From contig OZ024759.1 in the NCBI GenBank assembly GCA_964016885.1, positions 29,822,001-29,886,000 of the forward strand: DNA of 64,000 nt, written 5' to 3'. The notes under the pieces are model-generated. The model did not search any database. It was not told the origin of the DNA and saw only the letters and a program-made list of their open reading frames with translations. The position numbers were made by a program, and so were the translations under genes. Below, piece after piece: positions 13,243 through 28,226 of this stretch. The stretch is from Eledone cirrhosa. Lineage: Eukaryota. The stretch's first letter is position 1, and every line of letters starts with the position of its first letter.

Positions 13243-14437
13243 GGTGGGGGATTGGCAGTATCAGTAGCGAGTCGGATGCCATGCTTTGTAGCATAGAGTT
13301 ACAGCCCTTTGCAGTCTGAGTTCAAATCCTACCGAGGATAACTTTACCTTTTATCCTTACGGGGTCGATAAAATAAAGTACCAGTAATTCACTGGAATAA
13401 TTGCTGGCCTTGTGCCAAAAGTAGAAACGATTATTTTATTTGAAAAGGAAAATCAGGGTGGAGAGGGAAGTGCTCTCTTCCCAGCAATTTGTTGAAAGAT
13501 GTGTGAGAGAGGTAAGCATGGCCCGAGAGAATGGGCCTACTCTGAGTATGCACCTGTAAATTGAAGGTGGAAAACTGGGGGAGGGCCTTGGTGGTCAGGG
13601 TCACCGTGGCTTTTTTAATGGGCTTTCTCCACGAATGTCCCTCGGAAGTCTCCCCCCTATTGGGAAATTTTCCTTTGTTTCTCTTTTGTCATTTTCTTTG
13701 TTTTCTTTTTCTTTACACGCAGAAATGCCCATCTGTACCATCCTGTACTGTCCTTAATGTTATACTTTATGTCAACCCTTGTGGTTAATAAAGAAAACAT
13801 TATTAGTGGCGAGTCTGGTCCGAGTGAACGGGCTCGCTCTGAGACTGAGGAATGAGAAAACAGAGAGGGCGCGTTGCCCTGGTGGTCAGGGTGGTCGTGG
13901 TCTTTTGTGTGGTTTTCGCCACGAGTGACCCTCGGAGGTTTCCCCCCTTTTGTGGGAATTTTTGTTGTTTGAATTTTTTTATTTCTATCTTGTTATAACC
14001 TTTTTTACACTGCCAAAACCCACTTTGTATCGTCCTGTACCGTTCTGTGTCGTCTGTAATGTTTTTCTTCATGTTAGCCCTTGTGGCCAATAAAGAAACC
14101 ATTATTATTATTATTATTATTATTTTTGTTCAAATCCCGCCAAGGTTAACTTTACCTTTTCTCCTTACGAGGTCGATAAAATAAAGTACCAGTAATACAT
14201 TGGGGTTATTGCTTGCCTTGTGCCAAAAGTAGAAACAATTATTATTATTTTTGTTACATCCTCTGTTTTTGTTTTTTTTACATGCAAGAAATGCCCATTT
14301 GTACCGTCCTGCATTGTCCTGTACTGTCCTTAATGTCTACTTTATGTAAACCCTTGCGGTTAATAAAGAAAGCATTATTATTATTATTATTATGTGATGT
14401 TTTTCTTGGATCTCAGCCCTTGTGGCCAATAAAGAAA

Positions 14438-14490
<53 letters not shown>
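13243..14490 (+). mobile_element. Alternating SINE A copies and Tx1-like LINE 3' ends
   Basis: SINE 13243-13436; LINE end 13439-13804 (LKRKIRVEREVLSSQQFVERCV...HL*); diverged LINE end 13805-14125; SINE 3' part 14128-14247; LINE tails 14248-14490. Confidence 0.7.
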
Positions 14491-14729
14491 TCTATTTGTT
14501 TTATTCTGTTTAGTTTCCAGGCTACTAAAATGATATATTTGGTTGTCTTGTTATTGAATTAGTCTTTCTTGGAACTGGTAATGGAATTCTTACCTCTAGC
14601 TTAGCAGTTCTCACAGTTCTTGCTATCTTAGATGTTCATGTTTTTACTAATGTTTGGTTCAAGGAAGTTAATACCTAATACACAGGTTACACAGTCAGGA
14701 TACATGTGGCTGAGTATTACATGTATGTA

Positions 14730-15646
14730 TGTACATATATATGTGTGTGTGAATGTGCGTCTCTGTGTATAAATGTATACACTCACAGAACATACACACA
14801 CATATATATATACACTCACACACACACATACACATACATATGCACACACACACACACACACACATATATGTGTGTGTGAATGTGCGTGTGTGTATAAATG
14901 TATACACTCACAGAACACACACACACATATATATATATACACTCACACACTCACACACACACACATATATATATATATATGTGTGTGAATGTGCATGTCT
15001 GTGTATAAATGTATACACTCACAGAACATACACACACATATATATACACACTCACACACTCACACACACACATATATATATATATGTGTGTGTGAATGTG
15101 CGTGTGTGTATAAATGTATACACTCACAGAACACACACACACATATATATATATACACTCACACACACACACACACATATATATGTGTGTGTGAATGTGC
15201 ATGTCTGTGTATAAATGTATACTCACAGAACACACACACACATATATATGCACACACACACATATGTGTGTGTGAATGTGCGTGTCTGTGTATAAATGTA
15301 TACACTCACAGAACATACACACACACATATATATATACACTCACACACTCACACACACACACATATATATATATGTGTGTGTGAATATGCATGTCTGTGT
15401 ATAAATGTATATACTCACGGAACATACACACACATATATACATACACTCACACACACACACACGTCTGTGTATAAATGTATACATTCACAATACACACAC
15501 ACACATATATACATACACTCACACACACACACACGTCTGTGTATAAATGTATACACTCACAATACACACACACACATATATACATACACTCACACACACA
15601 CACACGTCTGTGTATAAATGTATACACTCACAAAACACACACACAC

Positions 15647-15694
<48 letters not shown>

Positions 15695-16023
15695 GTGTGT
15701 GTGAATGTGCGTCTCTGTGTATAAATGTATACACTCACAGAACACAAACACACATATATACATACACTCACACACACACACACACATATGTGTGTGTGAA
15801 TGTGCGTCTCTGTGTATAAATGTATACACTCACACACACACACACATATATACATATACACACACACACACACACATATATATGTGTGTGTGAATGTGCA
15901 TCTCTGTGTATAAATGTATACACTCACAGAACACACACACACATATATACATACGCTCTCTCACACACACACACACATATATGTGTGTGTGAATGTGCAT
16001 GTCTGTGTATAAATGTATGCACT

Positions 16024-16056
<33 letters not shown>

Positions 16057-16188
16057 GTGTGTGAATGTGCATGTCTGTGTATAAATGTATACACTCACAG
16101 AACACAAACACACATATATACATACACTCACACACACACACACACACATGTGTGTGTGAATGTGCGTCTCTGTGTATAAATGTATACA

Positions 16189-16249
<61 letters not shown>

Positions 16250-16700
16250 GTGTGTGTGAATGTGCATGTCTGTGTATAAATGTATATACTCACAGAACAC
16301 ACACACACATATATACACTCACACACACACACATATATATGTGTGTGTGAATGTGCGTGTGTGTGTATAAATGTATACACTCACAGAAAACACACACACA
16401 TATATATATATACACTCAGACACACACACACATATATATATATATATATGGTGCATGTGTGGTGAATGTATGTGTGTGTGTGTGAATGTGTGTGTCTGTG
16501 TATGTATGTATATACACACAGGACACACACATATATATATATGGTGCATGTGTGGTGAATGTGTGTGTGTGTGTGAATGTGTGTGTCTGTGTATATATGT
16601 ATATACACACAGGACACACACACACATATATATATATATATATGGTGCATGTGTATAATTGCATATATTTATATGAAGTATGTGTGTGTGTATATATATA
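14730..16700. repeat. Compound minisatellite: fixed core gtgaatgtgcgtctctgtgtataaatgtatacactcacagaac separated by variable (CA)n/(TA)n
   Basis: Core recurs many times with elastic microsatellite linkers. Confidence 0.85.
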
Positions 16701-17305
16701 GATATGTGCGCATGTGTGTGTGTGTATGAATAGAAATATATAATAACATATATATACGCACACAAACATACACAACACCATATATACACACACACACACT
16801 CACATATATATATATATACATGGGGGAGAGGGAGAGAGAGAAGGGGAGAGAGAGAAGGGGCGAGATGGAAAGTGAGGGAGAGGAGAGAGAGGAGTGAGAG
16901 AAAGAGAGTGAGAGAGAGGGAAGAAAGAGAGAGTTAGGGGAGAGAGATGGGAGGAGAGAAAGAGAGAGGGAGGGGTGAGGGGGAGAGGAAGAGAGAGAGA
17001 GAAAGAGGGAGGTTGGGAGAGATGATCTCAGTTCTTAGTGAGGGAGAGAGAGGGGTGAGAGGAGGAGAGAGAGGAGGAGAGAGAGAGGAGGAGAGAGAGG
17101 AGGAGAGAGAGAGGAGGAGAGAGGGGGGGGGGGTGGGGGTAGATAACCTCAGTTCTCATATACTTATTCTCCCATTCATAGCATCAATACAGATGTGAGA
17201 GAGTACTTTTCTGAGAATTCTTACAACGAAAGCACGTATGAATTTTTTGGTCTATAATAGTTACAAACTTATTGTAGTATATCTACATTATTATCGATAT
17301 ATCAG

Positions 17306-17388
<83 letters not shown>

Positions 17389-17569
17389 GTGTGTATATAT
17401 ATGTATATATATATATATATGTCTATATATATGTCTATATATATACACACACACATATATATACATATATATATATGTATATACTGATATATATATGAAT
17501 GTATATATATGTATATATATGAATGTATATATATGTATATATATATATATGTGTGTGTGTATATATGTC

Positions 17570-17651
<82 letters not shown>

Positions 17652-17707
17652 CTGATATATATATGAATGTATATATATATGTATATATATATATGTGTGT
17701 ATATATG

Positions 17708-17755
<48 letters not shown>

Positions 17756-17836
17756 TATATATATATATATACACTGCTATACAGATGATAATAAAATCAA
17801 CCAACGCCTTCTCGATTAACAGACAATTCAGAATAT

Positions 17837-17899
<63 letters not shown>

Positions 17900-17920
17900 C
17901 ACATATATACACACACACAC

Positions 17921-17951
<31 letters not shown>

Positions 17952-17957
17952 TATATC

Positions 17958-18005
<48 letters not shown>

Positions 18006-18032
18006 CATACGCATATATATACACACACACAC

Positions 18033-18069
<37 letters not shown>

Positions 18070-18587
18070 TGCTACAACAATTCTATATTGTCTTTGACAT
18101 GATCATAATGTGGTGACAGGAAGAAAAGAAAACTTTGTCTTCAAAGTATTTCTTGATAAAGTGTGTCATGTATTTATTAGAGATTCTCTCATTCTATAGA
18201 AATTATAAATATTAGCCCCCATATATATATGTCTATATCTATATCTATATATATATATATATAAATATATTTACATATATATGATATATATACATATATA
18301 TATATAATATATATGATATATATACAGTATGTTGAAGAGGTAACGCACTAGAGAGAGATAGTGTGCTATCAATAAAACATTATTGACAGGGAATAACAAT
18401 TGTCTATGGCTCCGTTAATTTATAATGTTATTATATATATATATATATAATATATATGATATATATAATATATATGAATATATGATGTATATACATATAT
18501 TATATATATATATTATATATATATATTATATATATATTATATATATATATATTATATTATATATATATATATTATATATATATTATA

Positions 18588-18690
<103 letters not shown>

Positions 18691-18696
18691 ATTATA

Positions 18697-18784
<88 letters not shown>

Positions 18785-18862
18785 AATATATATATATTAT
18801 ATATATATATAAATATATATTATATATATATATTATATATATATATAAATATATATTATATA

Positions 18863-18895
<33 letters not shown>

Positions 18896-19337
18896 AATAT
18901 TTTTTTATAGATAACATAATGTTATGTTTCATATATAACACCTATTTTGATGTACTGAACACTCCCCTCCATTTTTTCACCCCCAAAAGACCAAAAACAA
19001 CAAATAACAAACTAACTCAACAATAAGACAATAAAACCGTGCACCAAATCATACTGGTAGAAATATTGAATAATAGAAAGGTAGAGAGACAAAAGACTTG
19101 CCAAAGATATAGATCGGGAGAAATGCGACAGAAGCTGAATCAAATTGTACATTCAACATCAAAGAATGTGTGAATTTATATACAATAAAAACCCAGGGAA
19201 AATCAGAAACCAGTGGAATTCGTTTAGTTTTTTCCTAATCTACCTTTGTATTTCATTGAATAAAAAGTTAGCAGAGTTTCGACAAACTTCCGACGAAGTT
19301 GATAAAAGATGTATCAGGTTTTTATAGCAATAATAAT

Positions 19338-19932
19338 AATTGTTTCTACTTTTGGCACAAGGCCAGCAATTAGCCAGTACATTAGCGGTGCTTTATTTTA
19401 TCGACCCCGTAAGGATGAAAGGCAAAGTTAACCTCGGCAGGATTTGAATCCAGAATGGCAAGGGCCGTAACTCTATGCGTCAAAGCATGGCGTCCGACCC
19501 TCTACCCATACAGCCAACTCAATAATGGTTTCTTATATAGGCACAAGGCGAGCAATTTTGGGAGAGGGTACAGTCAATTAAATCGAGCCCAGTGCGTAAC
19601 TGGTACTTTATTTTATCAACCCTGTAAGGACGAAAGTCAAAGCTAATCTTGGCGGGATTTGAAATGACTCTATGCCACGAAGCATATTGTCTGATGCTAT
19701 ACTGATACTGATAATGTTCTTAGCTAACCTACCTGAGATCCAACTACATCTCTTGTGTACCTATAGCTTGCATTGGGGACAGAGGATGGAATTTCTACCT
19801 ACTCCTTTCCTACACACTGAGCAGGGCCATTTCCCAGAAGGAGCATGGCGGAATTTGAACTCAGATCATAAAGAGCTATAACTCTATGCTGCAAAGCATG
19901 GCATCCGACCCTCTACCGATACTGCCAATCCA
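19338..19932 (-). mobile_element. SINE A copies with an intervening RTE internal fragment
   Basis: SINE A pieces at 19338-19710 and 19845-19932. The minus strand of 19715-19845 encodes PSGKWPCSVCRKGVGRNSILCPQCKL*VHKRCSWISGRL, the cysteine-rich insert of some RTE elements. Confidence 0.75.
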
Positions 19933-19986
19933 AATAATAATGGCTTCGTTTATAGACCTTGAGAGGCACAGGGCACTATACATACA

Positions 19987-20461
19987 TATATTTCTTTAGG
20001 TCGTTTTGGAAACCTCAACAATGCAGATGGGTAAATCTCCGGGTAACAAGATCCGGTGGTGGAGAGAGAGAGATGTAAGTGAATGTAGGTTGAGATGTGT
20101 AGCGTGTAGAAGAGTGTAGGAAAGAGCGTAAAGGATAAAAATAATAACACGAGATAGAGTTACCTTGGGAGAGATTTAATTCACATCCATCAACTGGGGG
20201 GGGGGGGGGGTTCCGGGAACCCCCCCCCCCCTCCCAGTTGACGGATGTGAATCCGAAATATATAGGGACAATTAAATCTCTCCCAAGGTAACTCTATCTC
20301 GTGTTATTATTTTTATCCTTTACGCTCTTTCCTACACTCTTCTACACGCTACACATCTCAACCTACATTCACTTACATCTCTCTCTCCACCACCGGATCT
20401 TGTTACCCGGAGATTTACCCATCTGCTTGTTGAGGTTTCCAAAACGACCTAAAGAAATATA
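19987..20461. repeat. ~475-bp near-perfect palindrome (fold-back element) with a hammerhead-like motif near its centre
   Basis: Arms tatttctttaggtcg...gttcc / ggaac...cgacctaaagaaata centred on 20215; about 18 nt are missing from the left arm. Homologous to 48655-48745. Confidence 0.9.
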
Positions 20462-20502
20462 CCTTATTATTCCACAATGCTTCAAGCAAACTTCAATACT
20501 CT

Positions 20503-20697
<195 letters not shown>

Positions 20698-20715
20698 AAT
20701 ATGTATGTATATATA

Positions 20716-20753
<38 letters not shown>

Positions 20754-20859
20754 ACATATATATATATAATATGTATATGTATATATATGTACAAATATGT
20801 ATATATATATAATGTATATATATATATATAATATGCATATATAATATGCATATATATGT

Positions 20860-20891
<32 letters not shown>

Positions 20892-21472
20892 TCTTATATC
20901 TTTATTACTTCTGATGAAAAAGCCTGGATGGCGAGATGCATGTGAGTTGTTGGGGGAAATGTTCGCGTATGTCTGCAATTCTCGATGGAATGGTTGCAGG
21001 TATTCTCTTGCATTCTGTTGCATTCTCTTATTCTTAATCCGCTCTAACATTATAGATAGATAGATAGATAGATTTGTGTCTTGTTACATAATCAATACAT
21101 TGATCTATGCTTTTCTATGCCTTTTTATTTTATGTTACTCAGAATAAATATCAGCAATTTTTCTGTTTGTTTTTCATAGGTTGTAAGTATTGTAAGATAA
21201 TATTAGTAAAGCCATCACGGTGCTGGAGTAGTAAAAAATAATACCTAGTGGTATTTGTTTTGGTTCACTACTCTCTCAGTTCAAATGTTGCCGAGGTAAA
21301 CTGTGTCATTCATAATTTTGAGTTGACATTGTACCAGTCTGATACTGGATTTCATTTTTCCTCCCTTTCTCATTTTCCTTTTCGAGTGTGTGTGTGTTTG
21401 GGCATGTGTGAGTATATAAACATGTGTGGTGTATATGTATGTGTGAATACATACACACACACACACATATAT

Positions 21473-21529
<57 letters not shown>

Positions 21530-21614
21530 TACATATATATATATCCATATATATATATATATATATACATATATACATATATATATATACATATATACAT
21601 ATACATATATATAT

Positions 21615-21658
<44 letters not shown>

Positions 21659-22138
21659 ATATATACATATATGTATATCCATATATACATATATATATCC
21701 ATATATACATATATATATCCATATATACATATATATATATCCATATATACATATATATATATCCATATATACATATATATATATCCATATATACATATAT
21801 ATATATCCATATATACATATATATATCCATATATACATATATATATCCATATATACATATATATATATCCATATATATATATCCATATATACATATATAT
21901 ATATCCATATATACATATATATATATCCATATATACATATATATATATCCATATATCCATATATATATCCATATATACATATATATATATCCATATATAC
22001 ATATATATATATATATATATCCATATATATATCCATATATACATATATATATACATATATACATATATATCCATATATCCATATATATCCATATATACAT
22101 ATACAAATACATATATATATATATCCATATATATATCC

Positions 22139-22184
<46 letters not shown>

Positions 22185-22449
22185 ATAAATATATATATAA
22201 ATATATATATACATATATATAAATATATATATACATATATATAAATATATATATGCACACACACATATATATATATATGTGTGTGTGTATGTTTATATAA
22301 ACCTATATCTATATATTACATATATGGATTGTAGCCAAATATAAAGTGGGAAGCTTTCACAAGCTGCTGTTGTATTTGGTGGCAAGCCAGTAGCTTTGAC
22401 ACTAACTAAGGTTACACCACACCTTTCAATTTGTCTTTCAATGATTACT

Positions 22450-23830
22450 GGTTGTAGTGTTGGTGGTGTTGGTGTTCGTGGTGGTGGTGGTGGTGGTGGT
22501 TGTACTGTTGGTGTTCGTGGTGGTGGTGGTGTTGGTGGTGTTGGTGTTGGTGTTGGTGGTGTTGGTGTTGGTGTTGGTGGTGTTAGTGGTGGTGGTGGTA
22601 GTTGTACTGTTGGTGTTGGTGGTGGTGGTGTTGGTGTTGGTGGTGTTGGTGTTGGTGGTGTTAGTGGTGGTGGTGGTAGTTGTACTGTTGGTGTTGGTGG
22701 TGGTGGTGGTAGTTGTACTGTTGGTGTTGGTGGTGGTGGTGGTGGTGTTGGTGTTGGTGGTGTTGGTGTTGGTGGTGTTGGTGTTGGTGGTGTTAGTGGT
22801 GGTGGTGGTAGTTGTACTGTTGGTGTTGGTGGTGGTGGTGTTGGTGTTGGTGGTGTTGGTGTTGGTGGTGTTAGTGGTGGTGGTGGTAGTTGTACTGTTG
22901 GTGTTGGTGGTGGTGGTGGTGGTGGTGGTGGTGGTGTTAGTGGTGGTGATAGTTGTACTGTTGGTGTTAGTGGTGGTGGTGGTGGTGGTGGTGGTGGTGG
23001 TGTTGGTGTTAGTGGTGGTGGTGTTAGTGGTGGTGATAGTTGTACTGTTGGTGTTAGTGGTGGTGGTGTTGGTGTTAGTGGTGGTGGTGTTAGTGGTGGT
23101 GATAGTTGTACTGTTGGTGTTAGTGGTGGTGGTGGTGGTGGTGGTGGTGTTGGTGTTGGTGGTGTTGGTGTTGGTGGTGTTAGTGGTGGTGGTGGTGGTG
23201 GTGGTAGTTGTACTGTTGGTGTTGGTGGTGGTGGTGTTGGTGTTAGTGGTGGTGGTGTTAGTGGTGGTGATAGTTGTACTGTTGGTATTAGTGGTGGTGG
23301 TGGTGGTGGTGGTGGTGGTGTTGGTGGTGTTAGTGGTGGTGGTGGTGGTGTTAGTGGTGGTGTTGGTGGTGGTGGTGTTGGTGGTAGTGGTGTTGGTGGT
23401 GGTGGTGGTGTTGGTGGTTGTTGTCATGGTAGTAGTGGGGTGTTGGTGGTGGTAGTTGTGGTGTTGGTGGTAGTGGTGTTGGTGTTGGTGGTGTGGTGGT
23501 GGTGTTGGAGGTAGTAGTTGCGGTAGTAGTGGCGTGGTGGTGGTGGTAGTTGTGGTGGTGGTGGTGGTGGTGGGGTGGTAAAAGTTGTGGTAGTAGTGGT
23601 GGTGGTGGCAGTGGTGGTGGTAGTGGTGGCAGTGGTAGTTGTTGTGGTAGTGGTGGTGTGGTGGTTGTTGTGGTTGCTGTGGTGGTCGTGGTGGTCGTGG
23701 TGGTGTTGGTGCTAGTAGAGGTAGTGATGGTGTAGGTGGTAGTAGTAATGGTGGTGGTAATGGTTGTGCTTGTGAATGGTGATGCTGATAGTGGTGGTGG
23801 TAGTGGTGGTGGTAGTGGTGGTGGTCGTAG
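22450..23830. repeat. (GGT)n microsatellite with higher-order agttgtactgttggtgtt punctuation
   Basis: Directly visible; source of the spurious Gly/Val/Thr ORFs. Confidence 0.9.
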
Positions 23831-23964
23831 TAGTGTTTGTTCTGCCAAGGTTAACTCTACCTTACATCCTTATGTGGTTGATAAAATAAAGTACCAGTAA
23901 TACACTGGGGTAATTTAATCGACTTTCCTCTCCCTTATGCCTATATTAGAAACCATTGTTATTA

Positions 23965-24588
23965 TTAGTAGTAGTATTTGTAGTGGTGGGAGTTGTAGTA
24001 GTTGTAGTGGTTGTGTTAATAGTGATAGTAATAGTAATAGTATGGTAGTAGTAGTAGTAGTAGTTGCAGTAGCAGTATTAGTAGCAGTAGTGATAGTAGT
24101 TGCAGTAGTAGTATTAGTAGCAGTAGTAGTAGTAGTAGTGGTAATAGTTGCAGTAGTAGTATTAGTAACAGTAGTGATAGTAGTTGCAGTAGTAGTAGTA
24201 TTAGTAGCAGTAGTGGTAGTAGTTGCAGTAGTAGTAGTGGTAGTAGTAGTAGTAGTGGTAGTAGTTGCAGTAGTAGTATTAGTAGCAGTAGTGATAGTAG
24301 TTGCAGTAGCAGTAGTTGTAGTAGTAGTATTAGTAGTGGTAGTAGTTGCAGTAGTAGTATTAGTAGCAGTAGTGATAGTAGTTGCAGTAGTAGTAGTATT
24401 AGTAGCAGTAGTGGTAGTAGTTGCAGTAGTAGTATTAGTAGCAGCAGTAGTAGTAGTAGTAGTGGTAGTAGTAGTAGTGGTAGTAGAAGTAGCAATAATA
24501 GTAGTAGTTGCAGTAGTAGTAGTAGTAGTAGTAGTAGTAGCAGCAGTACTAGTAGTAGTGGTAGTGGCAGTAGTTGCAGTAGCAGTAT

Positions 24589-24621
<33 letters not shown>

Positions 24622-24796
24622 CAGTAGAAGTAGTAGCAGTAGTGGTAGTAGTAGTAGAAGTAGCAGTAATAGTAGTAGTAGTTGTAGTAGTAGTAATATT
24701 ATTAGTAGAAGCAGCAGTAGTAGTAATAGTAGCAGCAGTAGTGGTAGTAGCAGTAGTAATAGTAGTAGTAGTATTAATAGTACTATTACTAGTAGT

Positions 24797-24878
<82 letters not shown>

Positions 24879-24892
24879 ATAGTAGTAATATT
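23965..24892. repeat. (AGT)n-based microsatellite following a SINE A tail (23845-23967)
   Basis: Directly visible. Confidence 0.9.
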
Positions 24893-25141
24893 TTCTAGTT
24901 TTTCTTTTCACTTACCTACCTAATACTGGGTCGATTACACAGTACAAGATGATGATGATGATGAGAGGGGGGACGGGGAGGGGGAGGGGGGGGGGGTGAA
25001 CACAACCATAGAATTTGATAATTCTTTCGTAATAGAAACCGATTTATAAAAGCTATCATTTTTCAACATCAATATATAGATTATCTTTTTTTTAAAAAGT
25101 CGTTGAGGATTGCTGAAATATAGACCCAGCCGAAGACAGCC

Positions 25142-25174
<33 letters not shown>

Positions 25175-25224
25175 TAAATATATATGTATATATATATATA
25201 TATATACACATATATATATATATG

Positions 25225-25258
<34 letters not shown>

Positions 25259-25469
25259 TATACACATATATATGTATACATATATATGTAAATATATATA
25301 TATATATATACATAAACATATACATATATATATATGGAATAAAGTGTAGTTTGCTTGAAGCATTATATATAATATATAATGTGGAAAGTGATATATATAT
25401 ATAAGAAGGCTAAACAATGCAAAATGGACAGTAAGATGAAGGTAACAAAAAAACAGAAATAATCAACTG

Positions 25470-26035
25470 CAACCAGAGATTGTTAGAAACCTCTAGAGAC
25501 ACCCAGAGACTACCAGAGACAGCCAGAGACTTATAGAGACATCATGGGACTACCAGAGACAATCAGAGGTTGTCAGAAACCTCTAGAGACACCCAGAGAC
25601 TACCAGAGACAGCCAGAGACAGCCAGAAACTTCTAGAGACATTATGGGACTACCAGAGACAATCAGAGGTTGTCAGAAACCTCTAGAGACACCCAGAGAC
25701 TACCAGAGACAGCCAGAAACTTCTGGAGACATCATGGGACTACCAGAGACAATCAGAGGTTGTCAGAAACCTCTAGAGACACCCAGAAACAACCAGAGAC
25801 AGCCAGAAACTTCTAGAGACATCCAGGGACGACCAGAGACAACCAGAGATTGTCAGATACTTCTAGAGACATTCTGGGACAACCAGAGATTGTCAGACAC
25901 TTCTAGAGACATTCTGGGACAACCAGAGACAGCCAGATATAACCAGAGATAGCCAGATATAACCAGAGATAGCCAGAGATTGTCAGAAACTTCTAGAGAC
26001 ATCCAGGGACTACCAGAGACAACCAGAGACAGTGA
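25470..26035. repeat. Higher-order minisatellite of ~11-bp accagagacag-like monomers
   Basis: Blocks gggactaccagagacaatcagaggttgtcagaaacctctagagac recur at about 77-88-bp spacing. Confidence 0.8.
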
Positions 26036-27214
26036 CATAGAACCAGACACAACAACAATAACAACATCACCAACAACATTAACAGCAACAACAACTCCAA
26101 CAACAATAACTCCTACTACAGCAACATCAACGACAAGAATACCAACAACAACAACATTAACAACATCATCGAGTGAAGCAACTGTGACAAGTTCAGTAAT
26201 GAAGACAAGAGCAACAACAACAGTAACACCAACACCAACGGCAACAATGCCAACAACAATAACAACACCAACAACAACACCCAGTATTAACATGTCTATA
26301 CATAAGACTGTGCACAGTGAAGAGCTGTCATATTTGTACTTGTAGTAACAAGTCAATTATACTTTGTGTTCAAAAGTAAGGGGTTAACATTCATAGAACT
26401 ACTCTAGCTAGGTATGGGCTTGGCAACATATGACATAATTGACAACATATTTCATAAGTTTGAACATAGATGGACAGAATAAAAGACAAAAAAAGAAAAA
26501 AATGAAAAAAAAAAAAAAAAAAGATAAAAGTAAAGATAAAAAAAGAAAAAGAAAGGAAAAAGGGGAAAAAATAAAATAAAAATAAAGAAATCTACTATAT
26601 ATTTCATAAGCATAAATATAGATGGATGGGGGGAAAAAAAAAGAAACTAAAAAAGAAAGAAAATAAGAAAAAAAAGTGAAAAAGAAAAGAAAAAGAAAGA
26701 AAAAAAGTAAAAGAGAAAAAGGAAAGAAAAAAGAAAAAAGTAAAAAAGAAAAAAGAAGAAAAAGAAATAAAAAAAGAAAAAAAGAAGAAAAGGAAATAAA
26801 AAAAGAAAACCAGAATTTGATTTAAAACATCCATTAAATCAAAATGTGAGCAATGAAGAAATTTTTGAATCTGTCAGAAAAGAGCAATAATAAATGTATT
26901 GTAATATTGTTAGAAATAAGCTGGCCCCGGTAAACAAGAAAGAGAAACAAGAATAGGAAAGGAATATAAATAAAATATAATTGAGCATGCAGCAGCAACA
27001 ATTAAACACTAGTCATGTTATTGTCCAGTTTAAATTTGTAAATTAACTAATGGTTCCAATTAACTATGGCAAATTTATTTTCATGAGGAAACAGTTTTAC
27101 AAGCTTTCATTATAAGGTAGGTGTTACAGATCTCTCTCTCTATATATATATATTGGCTGGAACAGGTGAAATAATAAAAGAGTAATATATATATATATAT
27201 ATATTTGGTATGGA

Positions 27215-27810
27215 CACGTGATGCGCATGAAAGTCGATAGCTGTATAACAAAGTGCAGGGCAATAAAGATAGACGGTAGTCACGGAATAGGCAGACCTAG
27301 AAAAACCTGGGACGAGCTGATAAACTCCGACATCACACACTTACACCTCTCCAAGACAATGTCACTGGACCGAGACCTTTGGCGGTACTCAGTAACAGAG
27401 AAGACCCGCCTTACCTAAATATATAGTAAAACCTACTCCAGCCAGTAGGCATCTCTAACAAAATACACCCCGTCCCACCACCCCCACCCCATCCACACCA
27501 CCCCGTTCTATGTAAAGTTATGTTGGTGCCGCGCCATCCAGGCCAAAACAAATGAGATCGTGTAGGTGTCACGACAAAAAAACACACAGTCCACGCTGTA
27601 ATGTGGCCATGTAGGCAACACGGTAAAAACCTCCCAGACCCACACTGTAAATGTGGTTGGTGTTAGGAAGGGCATCCAACTGTAGAAAACCTGCCAGACA
27701 GTCCTATGCGAGCAAGACAATCACTCTTGCCTCAAGTGGGACTACCCCCGTCCAAACCCATGCAAGCGTGGAACACGGACGTTAAACGTTGATGATGATG
27801 ATGATGATGA

Positions 27811-27812
<2 letters not shown>
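27215..27812 (+). mobile_element. Composite RTE-derived element (ORF C-terminus + taggaagggcatcc segment + RTE tail)
   Basis: HVMRMKVDSCITKCRAIKIDGSHGIGRPRKTWDELINSDI...* then a tail ending gcaagcgtggaacacggacgttaaacg(ttg)atgatg. Inverted copies at 51793-52290, 49763-50043 and 6139-6254. Confidence 0.75.
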
Positions 27813-27851
<39 letters not shown>

Positions 27852-28041
27852 TGTAATAAACAATATAAGGCAATTATTTCATTTACTTTTCCGACGGAAT
27901 TACTTCATTTATATATATATATATATATAAGCAGAAGGGATATTCAATTTGTTGGTAATTCAACAAATATAAATGTTTATAACTGATTCAGAGCACTCGA
28001 CATGTTCCTTGGCTATGTCAAAAATTATAAAACACACTTTG

Positions 28042-28103
28042 TATTTTATCTGATGAAAGCGTACCAAAGTTTTTGGTACCCTTGAAATATATATAATAGA
28101 ATA
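28042..28103 (+). ncRNA. Type-I minimal hammerhead ribozyme, family H1 copy 1
   Basis: Stem I UAUUUUAU/AUAGAAUA; CUGAUGA; stem II AAGcGUACCAAA/UUUGGUACcCUU; GAAA; palindromic UAUAUA; AUA cleavage triplet ending at 28095. Confidence 0.8.
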
Positions 28104-28226
28104 AATATGGTTTTATAAATATAGTTTCCATTTATTTAATATCATTATATATATATCTGTGTTTATCGCGGGTTCAATCAGGGGTAACCACAGTAAGTAA
28201 GGTACTCAATACATAGCAGAGTATAA

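Noticed and set aside
14593-14676. AG...GTAAG-bounded segment on the minus strand upstream of the 12207 exon
   Set aside because: Stops in all three frames.
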